DNA of 64,000 nucleotides, from NCBI GenBank assembly GCA_010909165.1, contig MU008166.1:1302001-1366000 (forward strand). The letters are read 5' to 3'. Below, piece by piece: positions 35,952 to 48,351 of the stretch (positions within the stretch are counted from its first letter, which is position 1; every line of letters starts with the position of its first letter). A program made the position numbers and the translations under genes. The stretch comes from Anthoceros angustus (taxonomy: Eukaryota > Plantae > Anthocerotophyta). The notes beneath the pieces were generated by a model. It was given only the letters and a program-made list of their open reading frames with translations. It did no database searches and had not been told where the DNA came from.

Positions 35952-38900
35952 ATGTGCGCGCCCCACCGCCAAACCCTAATTTATGTTCACATTCTCAATC
36001 GTGCAACTTCAAACGCTTGTGTTTCGATCTCGGACAATAATGTCATCGCTGATAGATCGTAGGCGAGGATCGCAATCGCAAGAATTTGATCTGGGTTTGC
36101 CCTCATAGATCCGCCCATGCCGAACGCTCAGAATGCCGAATGTCCTGTGGGATCTTCACCGCTAGGGCTGTTTCTTGCTCATCGACTCACTTCTGTTTCG
36201 ATCCTTCGCTGTTGCTTTCTCCTTTCTTCTCGTGGTCCCCGGATTGACTCAAACTCAAGATCGATGGGAGCGAAGTGCCATGAGTTAAATGAAGAAACGA
36301 CGCCTGACTTGATAGACCTTCCTACCGCTAACTCCTTTGCGAAAACCGGATGCCCTCGCTTATGTGGTTTGGTTGTCAATTCTTCCTCATCGGGAAAACC
36401 TCATGCCGATATCCGCTGATCAATGAAAATGGTGCTCTTTGCTCGGTCGGCGATGGCGATGCAATTGCGCCTTCCAATAATGCCGCCAATATACCACCGC
36501 CTCCCGAGCACCCATCTATTACCCACTCTCCGTGAAAAGGTCATAACCATAAGCCATTGGTTTCTCGTAAGGTTTACAACATGTCCATCGCTTGACACAT
36601 TCAAGTTTCTTCACCAGTGTCAATGAAAGTGCATGGCTCCAATCTCTCGCCGCATCACAACAGACCGCATTTCCTCATATCTTCGATGTAGGGTGGACAC
36701 CATACCCTACCGTAAAGTATTCACCTCATATAGACCTTCATCCGCAATCAAATTATCTTTCTCCCACACCATGGTATACACACCGCTGCACACCATTTAC
36801 GCGCATTCAACGCCCCGCATCCGATCCGACCATGCATAAATACCACTCAAAGGTTTGCAGATCACATCGCCATGAACCCATCCATGATTTTTTCATAATC
36901 TTCGATGTCATCTCCTCGATCCCGTGATTCTCACACATTCCTCTTGGCAAATCAACAACAGCTTTGTATTCCCGCTTCCAAGATAGCCGCCATTTCGCTA
37001 ATATCCAGAATTACTTGGTACCGACTTCTTGCTTGCTTTTGGGACTTGGAACGTGATAGTTTAGCCATTGTCCTCCTCTCGCTAATTCTCTCCTCAAGGT
37101 CTTCCACCTCTTCCGCCTTGTCGTTGATATGCTCTTTTGAAGCTATCTCGAATGACTTTTCTTTGTACTCTTCCCGCCCGCTTCAAAGTCTCGCGAGTAC
37201 CAAAAGCATTGTGAAATTTGACGTTGATGGGGATGCGCAAACAAGTGCGCACACCCTAATCCAGCATTCGATAGCAACGAGAATAACTTACGATGTGGTC
37301 AAAACCGTTGAAACTTTGCACATCATCCGCCGCCGAAAGTGTGGGTACTCTCTCAACCTCTCGCAAATGACGACACCGTAAACTCGAAAGTCGCTTGTAT
37401 CACATTTAACTTTTTGCCTTTATGATCCACATGCCGCCACGCTAACTCTCCTCGAATTACTTTCTCCAAGGTCGATAGCATAATACGCTCGCCTCCCGAG
37501 GTATTCTCGAACACCCGCCGCCGTCGATGCATTGGCTTTATAATAAGATTCGGATCTCGCACCGGGTTCGTGTTCGGCCGCCACGCTTGATTTTCCTCTT
37601 TCCCGCTTTGCTTTCCGCCCGTAGCTCACCTTTCTCCCAAAGGTCGAATACTTCATCCACCCTATCCTGCATATGCGCCGGACACTAGAATGTAGCATGC
37701 TAGCTCGTCTACCAACCACGATATCTTCACGGGCCTCATGGCATCATCACGCCGAGCATCTGCATGCATTGTATTTCCAATCCATAGTAATGTTGACGCC
37801 ATCCGCAGTCAAGCAATCTTCATCTCATCGTGGATGTATCAACTTGCTCGATGAAAGAAATGCATATAGTGACCGCCGCCATGGCCCTTGCCTTAAGCTT
37901 GATCAAGTCATCCACATTCTTTTTAATTGAGCTTAATCGTCATCAATCAAAACGTTGTCTTGGGTCCCCAGCAACTCATAATATTGCTTTGGTCAGCGAG
38001 GAATTTATTATTGTTTGGATGCTGTGCTCTATAATGTATTTAAAATTGGTGAATATAGATTATTTCTGCTAAAAATATATTCAACCTCGTGGTTGCTCTC
38101 AATATCCTAGGCAAATCAATTGTTAGGAGTTCTCGAGGGAACCGCTGTAAGGATGAGCAATTTTACCGACCACTTATTGTTTGATATGGCTCCTTTATAT
38201 ATGACCTTGAATACTAGATACTATACATGGATATTTGATATTTCCTTTCTAGCACGTTCAAGTTGTTTTCTTGTAATATACTATTAATGGATATATGATA
38301 TTTCCTTTCGCATGTTCTAATTGTTTTCTTGTGGTAGCGATATTATATTTATATTTGGTATTTTCTTTTGTGGTATCTTTGAATTTCTTTCTTTATTGGT
38401 CCATCTTAGTAACAAAATGGCATGGTTGTGCAACTTAATAATTAAGTCTCCTCACCTTGCCTTCTTAATGTACAACATGTCAATTGGAGAACTAAACTAC
38501 ACCAAATCTTTGAGGAATAGAAGTTGATGTGGAAATAGTTACACGTGATTAGACAAAGGCATTTGTTTGTTCCTTGATGAACTTTGTGGTGAACTAAGCA
38601 ATGTCATGCCTAACACTTCAGCCCAAATGTGGTAACATGGTCATAGTTTTAACCTTATTAATGTTATGAATTGCGTGCTAAACTTACGTCAACTTAAGGC
38701 CTTGATTGCCACGAACCTTTTATGTTGAAGCTCACGATGGCCTCCCAAAGCGCTTCTTACTAAGGGCTGTCCATGGCATTCAAACCTTCATCAAAAGGAG
38801 CCATTCAGTATATCTAGTTTCATGACCGAAATCTTTATCAAGGTAATATTGCAAGGTGCAAGCGGCAATTAGGAGACCCCAATACTTTAGTGTAGATGAG

Positions 38901-39300
38901 ACCATCCAATTTGTACACTTTACATAAAGAACTACTCATCATATTATGATTTCAAGGATGATTTCAAGGACTATCAAACTAGGAAAACAAACCTAGACTT
39001 GTAGGATAAGAGGTTAGTCGTAGAGACTTTGCGTTGTGGAATAGCAGGGTTTGACCTACTTTGGGCTTTTCTTGTGAATACATAAGCATTGGGATTCTCA
39101 TCTTATCTCCATTTTCAAATTTCATGGCCAAACGGAAAAAACATTACTACAATAATATAAATTAAAGCAATAGCACAACAAAAATTATGGCGAACAAAGC
39201 AGAAAAAAGAGAATAAAATAAAAAATAGAACCTCAAACAACAGCGGTAAAATAATAGATGAGATCGAACTTAGATTATAATTTGCCTTATATATGTAGTC
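35952..39300 (-). other. Unknown multi-exon, frameshifted gene or element that interrupts Copia B, copy 1
   Basis: Copia sequence stops abruptly at about 35950. Protein-like minus frames follow (RVFENTSGGERIMLSTLEKVIRGELAWRHVD; NRWVLGRRWYIGGIIGRRNCIAIADR; SSPIDMLYIKKAR-GDLIIKLHNHAILL), separated by AT-rich intron-like DNA. Confidence 0.45.
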
Positions 39301-39972
39301 TCAGGGGAAGGGAATACTACTAGTTTTCAAAATTATTTTCATTGATTATTTTGTGCAGGTGCCTATCGACTTTTCTTGTGTTCATATGAAAGTTGTAGTT
39401 ATTGCATATTACTTTTTCTTGTTTTTGTTTACTTGTAAGTTTAGGGGAGGAGTTTCAGTAGTTAATTAGTAACAATATTTAGTAATTAATGAGTAATAGA
39501 TTCTAATTTGTTAGTAACTTAAGGACTTATGATGAACTTTTGTGTTGTTGGTGCTCAGATTATCCTCACCATGGTTACACCAAGCAAAGTCTGAAAGCAT
39601 TCATGCGGTTGATTTCGTGTACAAATTAGTGTAAAATTAAATGGCTGATTTCCTTGCATGTACAAAACAATATGCGCTACATGTATGTCTATACAATTGC
39701 ATAATGGATCACAATGAGTAAATATATAGAGATATAGTTTAGAACCATAATGTTTTGCAAGTGTATGATTAGAAAGGAAGAAGTTTTAATGTTGTAAAGT
39801 GCAACATCAAGAGGCTATGATTATGTATGTCTATACAATTGCATAATAGATCACTATGAGTAAATGTATATAGATATAGTTTAGAATGCGCTTTCTTAGA
39901 GCTATGATTATTTGCAATTGTATGATTAGATTGCAAAAAATCTTAATGTTGTAAAGTGCAACACCAGAGGCT

Positions 39973-40751
39973 ATGATCATGTCTAGCAAAAAGCGCCACA
40001 CGGGAAAAAGATCAAAAAGAACTCATTATCAAGGTCGGCAAGATGATGGAAATGGAGGTTCTAGAGAGGAAGTCGTGAAAGGACTAACCGCTAAGGATCA
40101 TATGCAAGATGGAGGAGCTCAAAAAGCAGTTGCTAAAGCACTAGCTTCTAAGAATCATGAGCTATCTGGGCTTATGTACAATCAAATTGAGCACAATCCA
40201 CGATGGAGCAGACTCATGGCGGGCGCTTGAAGGTTTTCCAAACAAGGATGATGAAGGTACACACTTGTAGCTTCTAACAATCATGAGTTATCACAGCATA
40301 AGTACAATCAAATATGTAAGCTCATTTCATTGGTCCTTGATGGTTTTCCATTTTTCCAGACAAGAATGATGAAGGCACACACTCAGAAGGAAATCAGCCG
40401 AGAGTCCAAGTGATAAAGTTAAACTTGAACTTGAAAGGAGTTCAAGTCCCACTTCCGTGAAGTGCAACAAGAAGAAGTGAAAAGAGATGGAGTTGCCCAG
40501 TGCAAAGCTGCCAAGCGTAAATGACGAGGGAAGTATTGAGAGATAATATGAGAGATTGGGATGTGCATGAAGATGAAGTAGAAAGAGATGACGTTCATGT
40601 TCCCGATGAAGTACTCCGAGAAGAAATGAGGGCCGAGGAAGCGCCGAGAGAAAAAATGAGAGATTGGGATCTCAACCTCATGTATGACCCTGAAGGTGGA
40701 AGAAAAGTGGAGTTTCCTATGATGAAGCTGGAGGCGGAACAAGAGCTTTGA
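39973..40751 (+). pseudogene. Low-complexity, acidic, repeat-containing ORF of unknown function, copy 1
   Basis: ORFs 39973-40230 and 40521-40751 contain repeated MRDWD(V/L) units; the same region recurs at 52409-53190. Confidence 0.3.
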
Positions 40752-41992
40752 ATGTATAACATGCCTAGGTAAAGATTGTTGGCACATAGTTTGGCTAAGG
40801 GGTGGCAGTATCGCAAATACCAGTTTTTACTGATTTATCTCACTCTAGTGTGGCAACACTTTTTCACTAAATTTTCTATGGCATACCGCTTTTCATTGAT
40901 CTTTCTCACGTGGAACATTCGTACACGAGGTTTGCCTCCACTCAAAAACTTGGGAAGGAAGAAGCTAGAGGAAGTTTTGGGGACCGTAATTAACCTCTAG
41001 AGTTTTTGAATAGGTTGATAGAGTCAAATATAGAGTTTAAGGTTTTGGGATAGACTGCTAATTAAGATCTAGAATTTTAGCCTTAAGCTTGAGAGTTGCG
41101 GGGCTTAGATCTAAAACACCTGAAACTATTTTGAGTGGCAGCGAGCCCGGATGGAACAATTTGTTTGATCTAGGAGTCTGGGCTGTTGTCGAATGTGAGC
41201 TGGTGAATCGATCGGGAGTTCAGTTGATTCAGCACCGCGGTTGTTAGCTGGGTGTGTGATGTGAAAGAGGAGACTTTCAGGAGGCAAGAGCAAGAGCAAG
41301 CTGAAGGTGGTGAGCCAGCCATTCTCAGAGCAGACGGGAAAATTTACGGAACCAGTGCCAACAGCTCAGACTTCAAAAGTTAAATGAGCCATTGCCCACA
41401 CTCCAGAACCACATTGCTTTCAAATAAAAGCTGCAAGAATCGGGTTACCGGAAAAACGATCGGCCTCAGCACAAGGCCCTTCCAGGTTTAGCTGGGAATT
41501 ATTGTGAACCCACAGGCTAGGCTCCAGCTCCCGGAAATGAAGACGAGGAATGAGATGTGATGAGGAGGAAGAAGCTGCGCTAGACCTGACAGTTTCGGCA
41601 AAGCAAACCTGTTGAATGAGCTGCTCCTCCTGGACAAGCACAAGGAGGGCACTGTGCGACAATGACTGGGCGCAGCTCGCTCCTGCCAGCCCTGGCTATT
41701 GGGGTAATCGGTGCCCTAGAAGGAGTAAGCTTCCGGTCGCAGAACCAAGTGTTGAAGCACAACCAAGTGGGCAGTCGCCGCGATGGTGTACCTCAGCCAA
41801 GCTGTTCTGGAGCAGGTCTGGATGGAGGGGATCGTCTAGAGTGGGTCGTAGCCAGGAGGAGTTGTGGCGACTGTTTTTCGGAACCCGGCACTGTGGTGGG
41901 ATTCCAGGCAAAGAAAGAAGAGTTTCCTTTCGCCTGATTGACGGCACAGCCAGTCTCAGGAGGTCCTGTGGTCAAACAATTTACAAGCCAGC

Positions 41993-43807
41993 TTGGGTGG
42001 ATGGATGCGCAGCTTGCTGCTCTGGATGGGGGATGGTTTTGGGTCGTTTCGCCTCGCAGCAGGTTACTGGAAGTGGAAAATCCTGACACCTGCGGGCCTG
42101 CAGTCGAAAGAATGGGGCGTGACAGCTGAAACAGTGAGCAGGCTATGTCGGAAGGGCCATCTGGCCGAGGCCGTTGAGGCTTTGGAGGTTCTGGTGCGGA
42201 CAGAGCGTGGTGTTTCTGGGTCCCTCTTTACACAGTCCTGAAGAAATACTTGCATGGGGAATAAGGATCTTCTTCCGGGTAGCCGCGTGCATGGTCTCAT
42301 GGTGAAGAAGGGGTACCATTCTGACAGGTTCCTGGCTTTCCACATCCTGCGAATGTATGCTTCTCATGGCAGGCTGCAGGAGGCCATGGATGTGTTTGAA
42401 GCAGTTGCCAAACCGCATGCCTTCACGTGGTCTGCCATCATTTCTGCTCATGTTAAACAGGGACAATACAAGAAGGCCATAGAACTGTATAATCGGATGC
42501 GGAGGTCAGGTGTGAAGTCAGATGGACGTGTGTTCGTGGCAGCACTCCAGGCTTGTGCGAGGGGATTGGACTTGAGTTCTGGGCAGCAGGTGCATGCTGA
42601 TGTGCTGACCAGTGAAGCCGAGCCTGATTTATGCGTTTCTAGCTGCTTGGTGGACATGTGTGCAAAATGCGGCACCTTGGATGGAATGTGGTGGTGTGGA
42701 ACGCCATGATAGGCGGGTATTCCAGCAGGGCATGAGAAGCCTTTTCTGTACAATGCAATGTTGGAAGAAGGCATGGCTGTACCCGATGCTGTGACATTAG
42801 TGTGCCTCCTGCTGGCGTTGGAGGGGAAGCAGGTGCCTAGGCACATCACAGAGCGAGGCCATGAAGTTGATGTAGCTAACAGTTTGGTGAACATGTATGC
42901 AAATTAAAGTGTGGCAGCTTGGAGGACGCTCACCGAGTGTTTGACGGCTTGGTGAGGAGACGTGGTAACGTGGAATGTCAGTAGCAGGATATTCCGGGAG
43001 GGCGTGGCCAGCATGTGCTTCGTTTGTACAGTGCTCTGCAAGAACAGGCCATGGATGTGCCGGATCCCATCACTTTCATGTGCCTCCTGCCGGCATGTAC
43101 AAGTGGGGAACTGCAGCGTTGGGGATGAGGAAGCAGATTCATATGCAGATCAGAGAACGAGGCCAAGGCGGATATGCTTGTTGCCAACAGTTTGCGGAGT
43201 ATGTGTGCCAAGTGTGGCAGGCTGGAGGACGCCCACAGAGTGTTTGATGGGCTTGGTCAAAAGGAACTTGGTGACTTGGAATGCCATGCATATGATAGCA
43301 GGGTATACGTATTCCCAGCAGGGAATGGGGCAGGAGGCATTGCCTCAGCCTGTACAGTGCTATGCTTGAAGAAGGCATGGCTGTGCCTGATTGTGTGACA
43401 TTTGTGTGCCTCTTGCAGGCCTGTGCAAGTCTGGGCTCTGCACTGGAGAGGGATTGCAGCTTCATATGCAGATCAGTCAGGAAGGACATGAAGGTGATGT
43501 CTTTGTAGCCAGCAGTTTGATTAACATGTATGCAAAGTGTGGCAGCTTGAAGGACACTCGGAGAGTGTTTAACGGACTTGGTCAGAAAAAATCGGTAACG
43601 TGGACTACGATGATAGCAGGGTATGGGGCAGGAAGCCCTTCATCGTTACAGTGCCATGCAAGAAGAAGGAATCGTTTCAGTAGAGCCTGTGATTTTTGCG
43701 TGCCTGCTGCAGGCATGTGCAAGTGTGGGCACACTGGCGTTGGAGAGGGGGACGGAGCTTCAAGCCCAAGCCCCTCAAAACAGCTGACACCTGTACCAAG
43801 GTGCTGA
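41993..43807 (+). pseudogene. PLS-class pentatricopeptide repeat (PPR) pseudogene, copy 1
   Basis: Repeated motifs such as LVNMYAKCGSLEDAHRVFDGL, VTWNAMIAGY and PDAVTFVCLLQACAS. Frameshifts and deletions are shared with copy 2. It ends without E/DYW domains. Confidence 0.92.
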
Positions 43808-44396
43808 GGTGAAACGGATCCGGGGACTCCAGAAATGATGGCTATGTGGTGCAAGCTGCAACTCACAAGGCTATGCATCGACAACCTACAGAACTCCGCC
43901 CATCATTTCCAACACAACAGAATATTTAAGGGACCTCGGATCGCGCTGAGATTCACACCCCAAGCAGGTCAATGTATTTGAAATTTTAGTCTCAAGTAAA
44001 TACTTAAATAATATATCAAATAGGTATGATAGGTAACGTACTTACGTAATTTTGCTTATCAGTCGCAGTGCAGCAGCCGTTTTGTTTGCAATTGCTGCTG
44101 CAGGAATGACACAATGACACCCCTAGAGGTAGCAGTACGTGGTTGTCTTGGGATGGGAGTTCCACATTTTCCAGTGTTCAGCACGTGGCGTGTTGCGAAC
44201 CTTCTTACCACTTAGGGTATGTGCTGTGTTGTTCAGCTGATGCTCATGCCCGGAGGGCTGCCACACTAATCACCAATTTTGCCCATCTGCTATGTGCCTC
44301 GCACGACAGCTGAGTCGTAACACAATGAGTTAGTATCAAATGATATTATTAATAGAAATATTAATAGTTGTACATTCACTCTAACTATTTAGACAT

Positions 44397-45577
44397 TGTG
44401 AGTCTTATATCTTCAATCTCAATCTCGTCTCGAGTAACATCCCCTGCTTCCACTCGAGCGGTGGGCAGTGGGCGGTAAGCGGTGCGGTCTACGGTGGGCC
44501 TGTCCCAGGGGTTGCGGGCTTGCTTTGTGGTGGGGCATCCGTGATCGCTGAGCATGGGGTAGTTGATATCGAGCGGGGGTGGAAAAGGTATGTGAGGACA
44601 TGATCTAGGGTTTTGGTGTGGTTGTGGTGGTGGAGGAGTCGCTTATTTTATTTGAGTTGAGCTCTATTGTTTTTGGTGTGTTGTGGTGGTGTGGAGGAGG
44701 TCGCGTTATTTTATTTTGTTGAGTTTTTGAGCTCTGGTTTGTCGCTAAGCGAAACAAATATATATGTAGATAACAGGTCTCAATATTGGAGACTATTGTG
44801 CCGACTTTGTTGACGGTACTGCCCAAGCCGCACAACCTGCCGTTGTAGTAAGGAGTCCGCTCCCAAGAGAATGATAGTCTGCTTGCCGCGTTTCTCGAAT
44901 CCGATTCTCACCTTACTTTGTGTCCGCCATCTTTAACACACGCAATCGCCGCTTGCGCTAACTACTCATAACGTCGAACAGCCCGTGTGGCCAAACATTT
45001 AAGGATCCCGCTTTGCGTCCGTATCGCTCACACACACGTCACTCGCTTTGGGTCCGCCTTCCCATCACTCACTACGCCATCAACCTTGAACGAAAGAACG
45101 GTTACACGGCCCGGACTTCCTCCGTTGCTCAACCTCTTCTGGCCCTCAAGCTTTGACGCCCGAGTTCCTCCGGCTCACACGTCGTCCGCCGACGCCGGGC
45201 GCCGCTCGACGAACACGGTCCCGCCTTCCCCGCACACACCACCACAGCTAGGGTCCGCTACCAGACCTTGATCGAGCCTGCTGCTGCCGCTGACTCAGAC
45301 TCACGCTAGCATAAAGACACACAAGGTCTGCAAGAAACCAGATCAACACCAAGAGAAGATGATTTATTCAGAAATTTCACCTCTTATACTACGCCCAAGT
45401 CGGCGCTCTTTATTACACCTATTCGAAATGGTGGTGTGACGCCTTAATCGGGCCGCCTCACCATCCTATTCCCTCCTCCTATCTCTCACGGTGGGCCTGG
45501 AAGGTCCGGTTCCGCCTCGATTGGTGGTCCAATCTCCGCCCGATAGCTACAGCACCTAATCGGATGATCCGCGGGAC
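44397..45577 (-). repeat. LTR (about 1.2 kb) at the end of duplication unit 1, followed by a PPT remnant (45578-45587)
   Basis: Homologous to 56873-58099; the adjacent CCTTCCTCTC is the reverse complement of a PPT. Confidence 0.7.
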
Positions 45578-45589
45578 CCTTCCTCTCAG

Positions 45590-48350
45590 AGATAACCACT
45601 TAACAACATCACGCTCAACCACGTCTCTGATGTAATGGTGCTGAATTTCGATGTGTTTTGTTCTAGCATGAAATCTCTGATTTGCAACAAGAGCCAACGC
45701 AGACATGTTATCACACAATAGAGGAGTTAGGCTCATCTGCTGTTGCCCCAAATCTGTAAGGAAGGTCCTTTCCCATTCTGCTTCCTTTGAAGCGTCTGTT
45801 AAGCTCTGTTTTATATTCTGCCTCTGTAGCGAGAGGGCAATAGATGCTTGCTTTTTACAACTCCAGTTTATGGCAGCATCTGCTAGAAGGCAGCAATATG
45901 TAGAGAGACTTCTCCTACTATCATCGCCCTGACGCCTAACCCGGCACGGAAGACTCTTTGGCGCCTACCGTGGCGCCACCAGATGCCCGTGAACTGAAAA
46001 GGTGCTTACGAGAATATTGAATATCGTGACGTGTCAATTCCCATGTAGATCAAACTCCCACCGCATGCATGAGGAACACCACCCATTTCTTGTCGCTCGA
46101 CTTGTAATCAGAACTTGTTAGTTTAACACCCATGGCCGATGGTGTAGTTGCTGGTCGTGCTTGATCAAGCTTAAACTTGGTTAAGATGTCTTGTATATAC
46201 TGATACTGGTGTATCATCAAAAGTCCTTCAGATCTGACACGAAGCAACTGTATACTTAGACAGAACTTTAATTCCCCTATGTCTTTCATTTCGTACTTGC
46301 TGCTTAACATAGCCTTAACTTCTTCTAACAGCTTATTACTATTTGCAGCTAAAATCAAGTCATCGATGTATAGGGGAAGAACAACATATTCTTGTCCTCT
46401 TGCTATCCTATAAACACATTACAAGCACTTTGCTTTAAAAGGTCTGCTTAAGGTGGCAGTGGATGTTCAGGTACCAAACTCTACCACTTTGCTTTAGGCC
46501 GTAGATGGTCTTCAGAAGTTTACATACTCTCTTAGGGTAAGCTTTATCTTCATATCCCTCGGGCTGAGTCATGTAAAGGTCCTCGTCTAGTGCCCCATAT
46601 AAAAAAGCGGTGCAGACGTCCATTTGGTATAGTTCCAGGTCATATTCTGCTGCAAGGGCTAGGATCATCCTAATGGACTGCGATTCACAATGTGGGAGAA
46701 TGTCTCATAATCCGGGCCTCCTTCCGGTAGGAATCTCTAGCGACTAATCTCGCCTTATACCTAGTTATCTCACCCTTCTCATTTAATTTGAGTTTAAAGA
46801 CCCATTTGCAGGATATGGGTCGTCTGTCAGATGGAAGGTCAACCAATTTCCAGGTCTGGTTCTTCACAAGACTGTTAAACTCATCATCTACAAAACTTCC
46901 ATTTTCCTTCTCTCGACTTGTGAGCTTCCGTGAGTGACTTAGTTCTAAGTGCCTTTGTTGTGGATGCAGCATGAACAGCTTGGGCATATGAGGTGCGAAA
47001 ATCAACAGACTCATATTTGGGTTCCTTCCACTGTGCAGGTGGTGGCTTGTTTCTATTAGACCTTCTCAAAGGAGGATCACGCTCCAGAGGATCAACGGCC
47101 TGCTCATATTCTGATTGTCCTTCTAAATCAGCTGCTGCAGCAGATAAATCCAGGTCTTCTTCATCAGCAGATATCTCAAAACCATGTCCATTTATGAGTT
47201 CATGAACTGCATGTTCAGGGTTATTATCGTTAGAAGTGACATCCTCATTTAGGTTTCCTAGATTTGCAGCATCGTTATGGGCAATAACATCCTGACCAGC
47301 ATCAACAAGATCTCTATTGCCAACAAGATCCCGACTAGTTGCAACGGGTTGTACTGCTGTGAGCCGGATGATGGAGGAAATTATCACCGATCGCCATCGT
47401 GAAGTCATAACCGAGGTCGCCGACGGCATGGCTCCTTTGAAGTTAGTGTGGGATCCGGATCAGTATGTGTAGGATTAATAGGCTCGATGAAGGTGACAGA
47501 GCGGGCTTACACCACTTTGTCATTAGCAGGGTCATAGAGCTTATATGCCTTCACATGATCACTGTACCCGATAAAAATAAGAGCTTGGGCTCTAGCATCC
47601 AGTTTCTTTCTCTTCTCCTCGGGGATGAGAGCAAAAGCTCGGGATCCAAATACTCGTAAGTGTAAAAGGCTGGGTTTCCGCTTCCATACAACTTCATAAG
47701 GAGTTTTAGAAGGAACAGAATTGGTGAAGAGGCGATTCAAGACATATGTGGCAGCAACAATAGCTTCTACCCAGTAGGTCTGTGGAAGACCAGCCCATAT
47801 CAACATGCTGCGGGTCATGGACAGCAAAGTTTGGTTCTTCTCTCGCAACTCCTGCTAGTATAAGGACATAACTTGTATCCTCTCTTCAAGGAAGAGATCA
47901 AAGGCTAAGTTGTTGAACTGCACCCATTGTCTGGGTCATGAGCTTGTTTGGAGAAGGAGGCCATTGTCTCAAGTAATTCAACCATTCTTGGAAAATGACA
48001 AATGTGTCACTTTTCAGGTGCATCGGATATGTCCATGTATACCTGGAGTAATCATCCGTCAAACAGAAGTAGTATAAGGAGCCGCCAAGGGAGGGTACAT
48101 AACAGCGTCTGGGTAGAAAGGGGTTTCTCCAGTAAACCCTTCTTGCACATGTCTAAGGATGGACCCTTTTGCGCCATGCAACCAACACAATCGTTATTCG
48201 TAGCAAACCCTCGTGTTTTCCTATAACGGCAGCGCTTGCTTACATAATGTGTGTTATTGAAATGCACAAAGAATAATGACAAGATGAAACCGTAGTCCAC
48301 CTTGTGGACTTGTGTATATCGTGAAAATATTACATTTGCAGGCGCAAACA
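45590..48350 (-). pseudogene. pol: Copia B pol, copy 2 (lacks the extreme C-terminus and 3' LTR)
   Basis: ORFs 47507-47848 (integrase C-terminus, RSMLIWAGLPQTYWVEA..LRVFGSRAFA), 46435-46668 and 46050-46358 (RT), and 45479-45751 (RNase H, HARTKHIEIQHHYIRD). Confidence 0.92.
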
Positions 48351-48351
48351 T

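Larger units (their letters stand above)
33210..45587. repeat. Tandem segmental duplication, unit 1 (about 12.4 kb)
   Basis: Collinear with 45585-58109; identical ORFs recur at offsets of 12400 (36423/48823) to 12457 (42254/54711). Confidence 0.92.

Noticed and set aside
35969-35979. AAACCCTAA telomere-like motifs (also near 5338, 32191 and 48369)
   Set aside because: These are single telo-box copies, not interstitial telomeric arrays.
41830-41990. Possible F-box upstream of the PPR repeats (LEWVVARR..F..WWDS..SFL)
   Set aside because: It needs several frame switches and lacks the LP..L/I core; a transit peptide or 5' UTR explains the region equally well.
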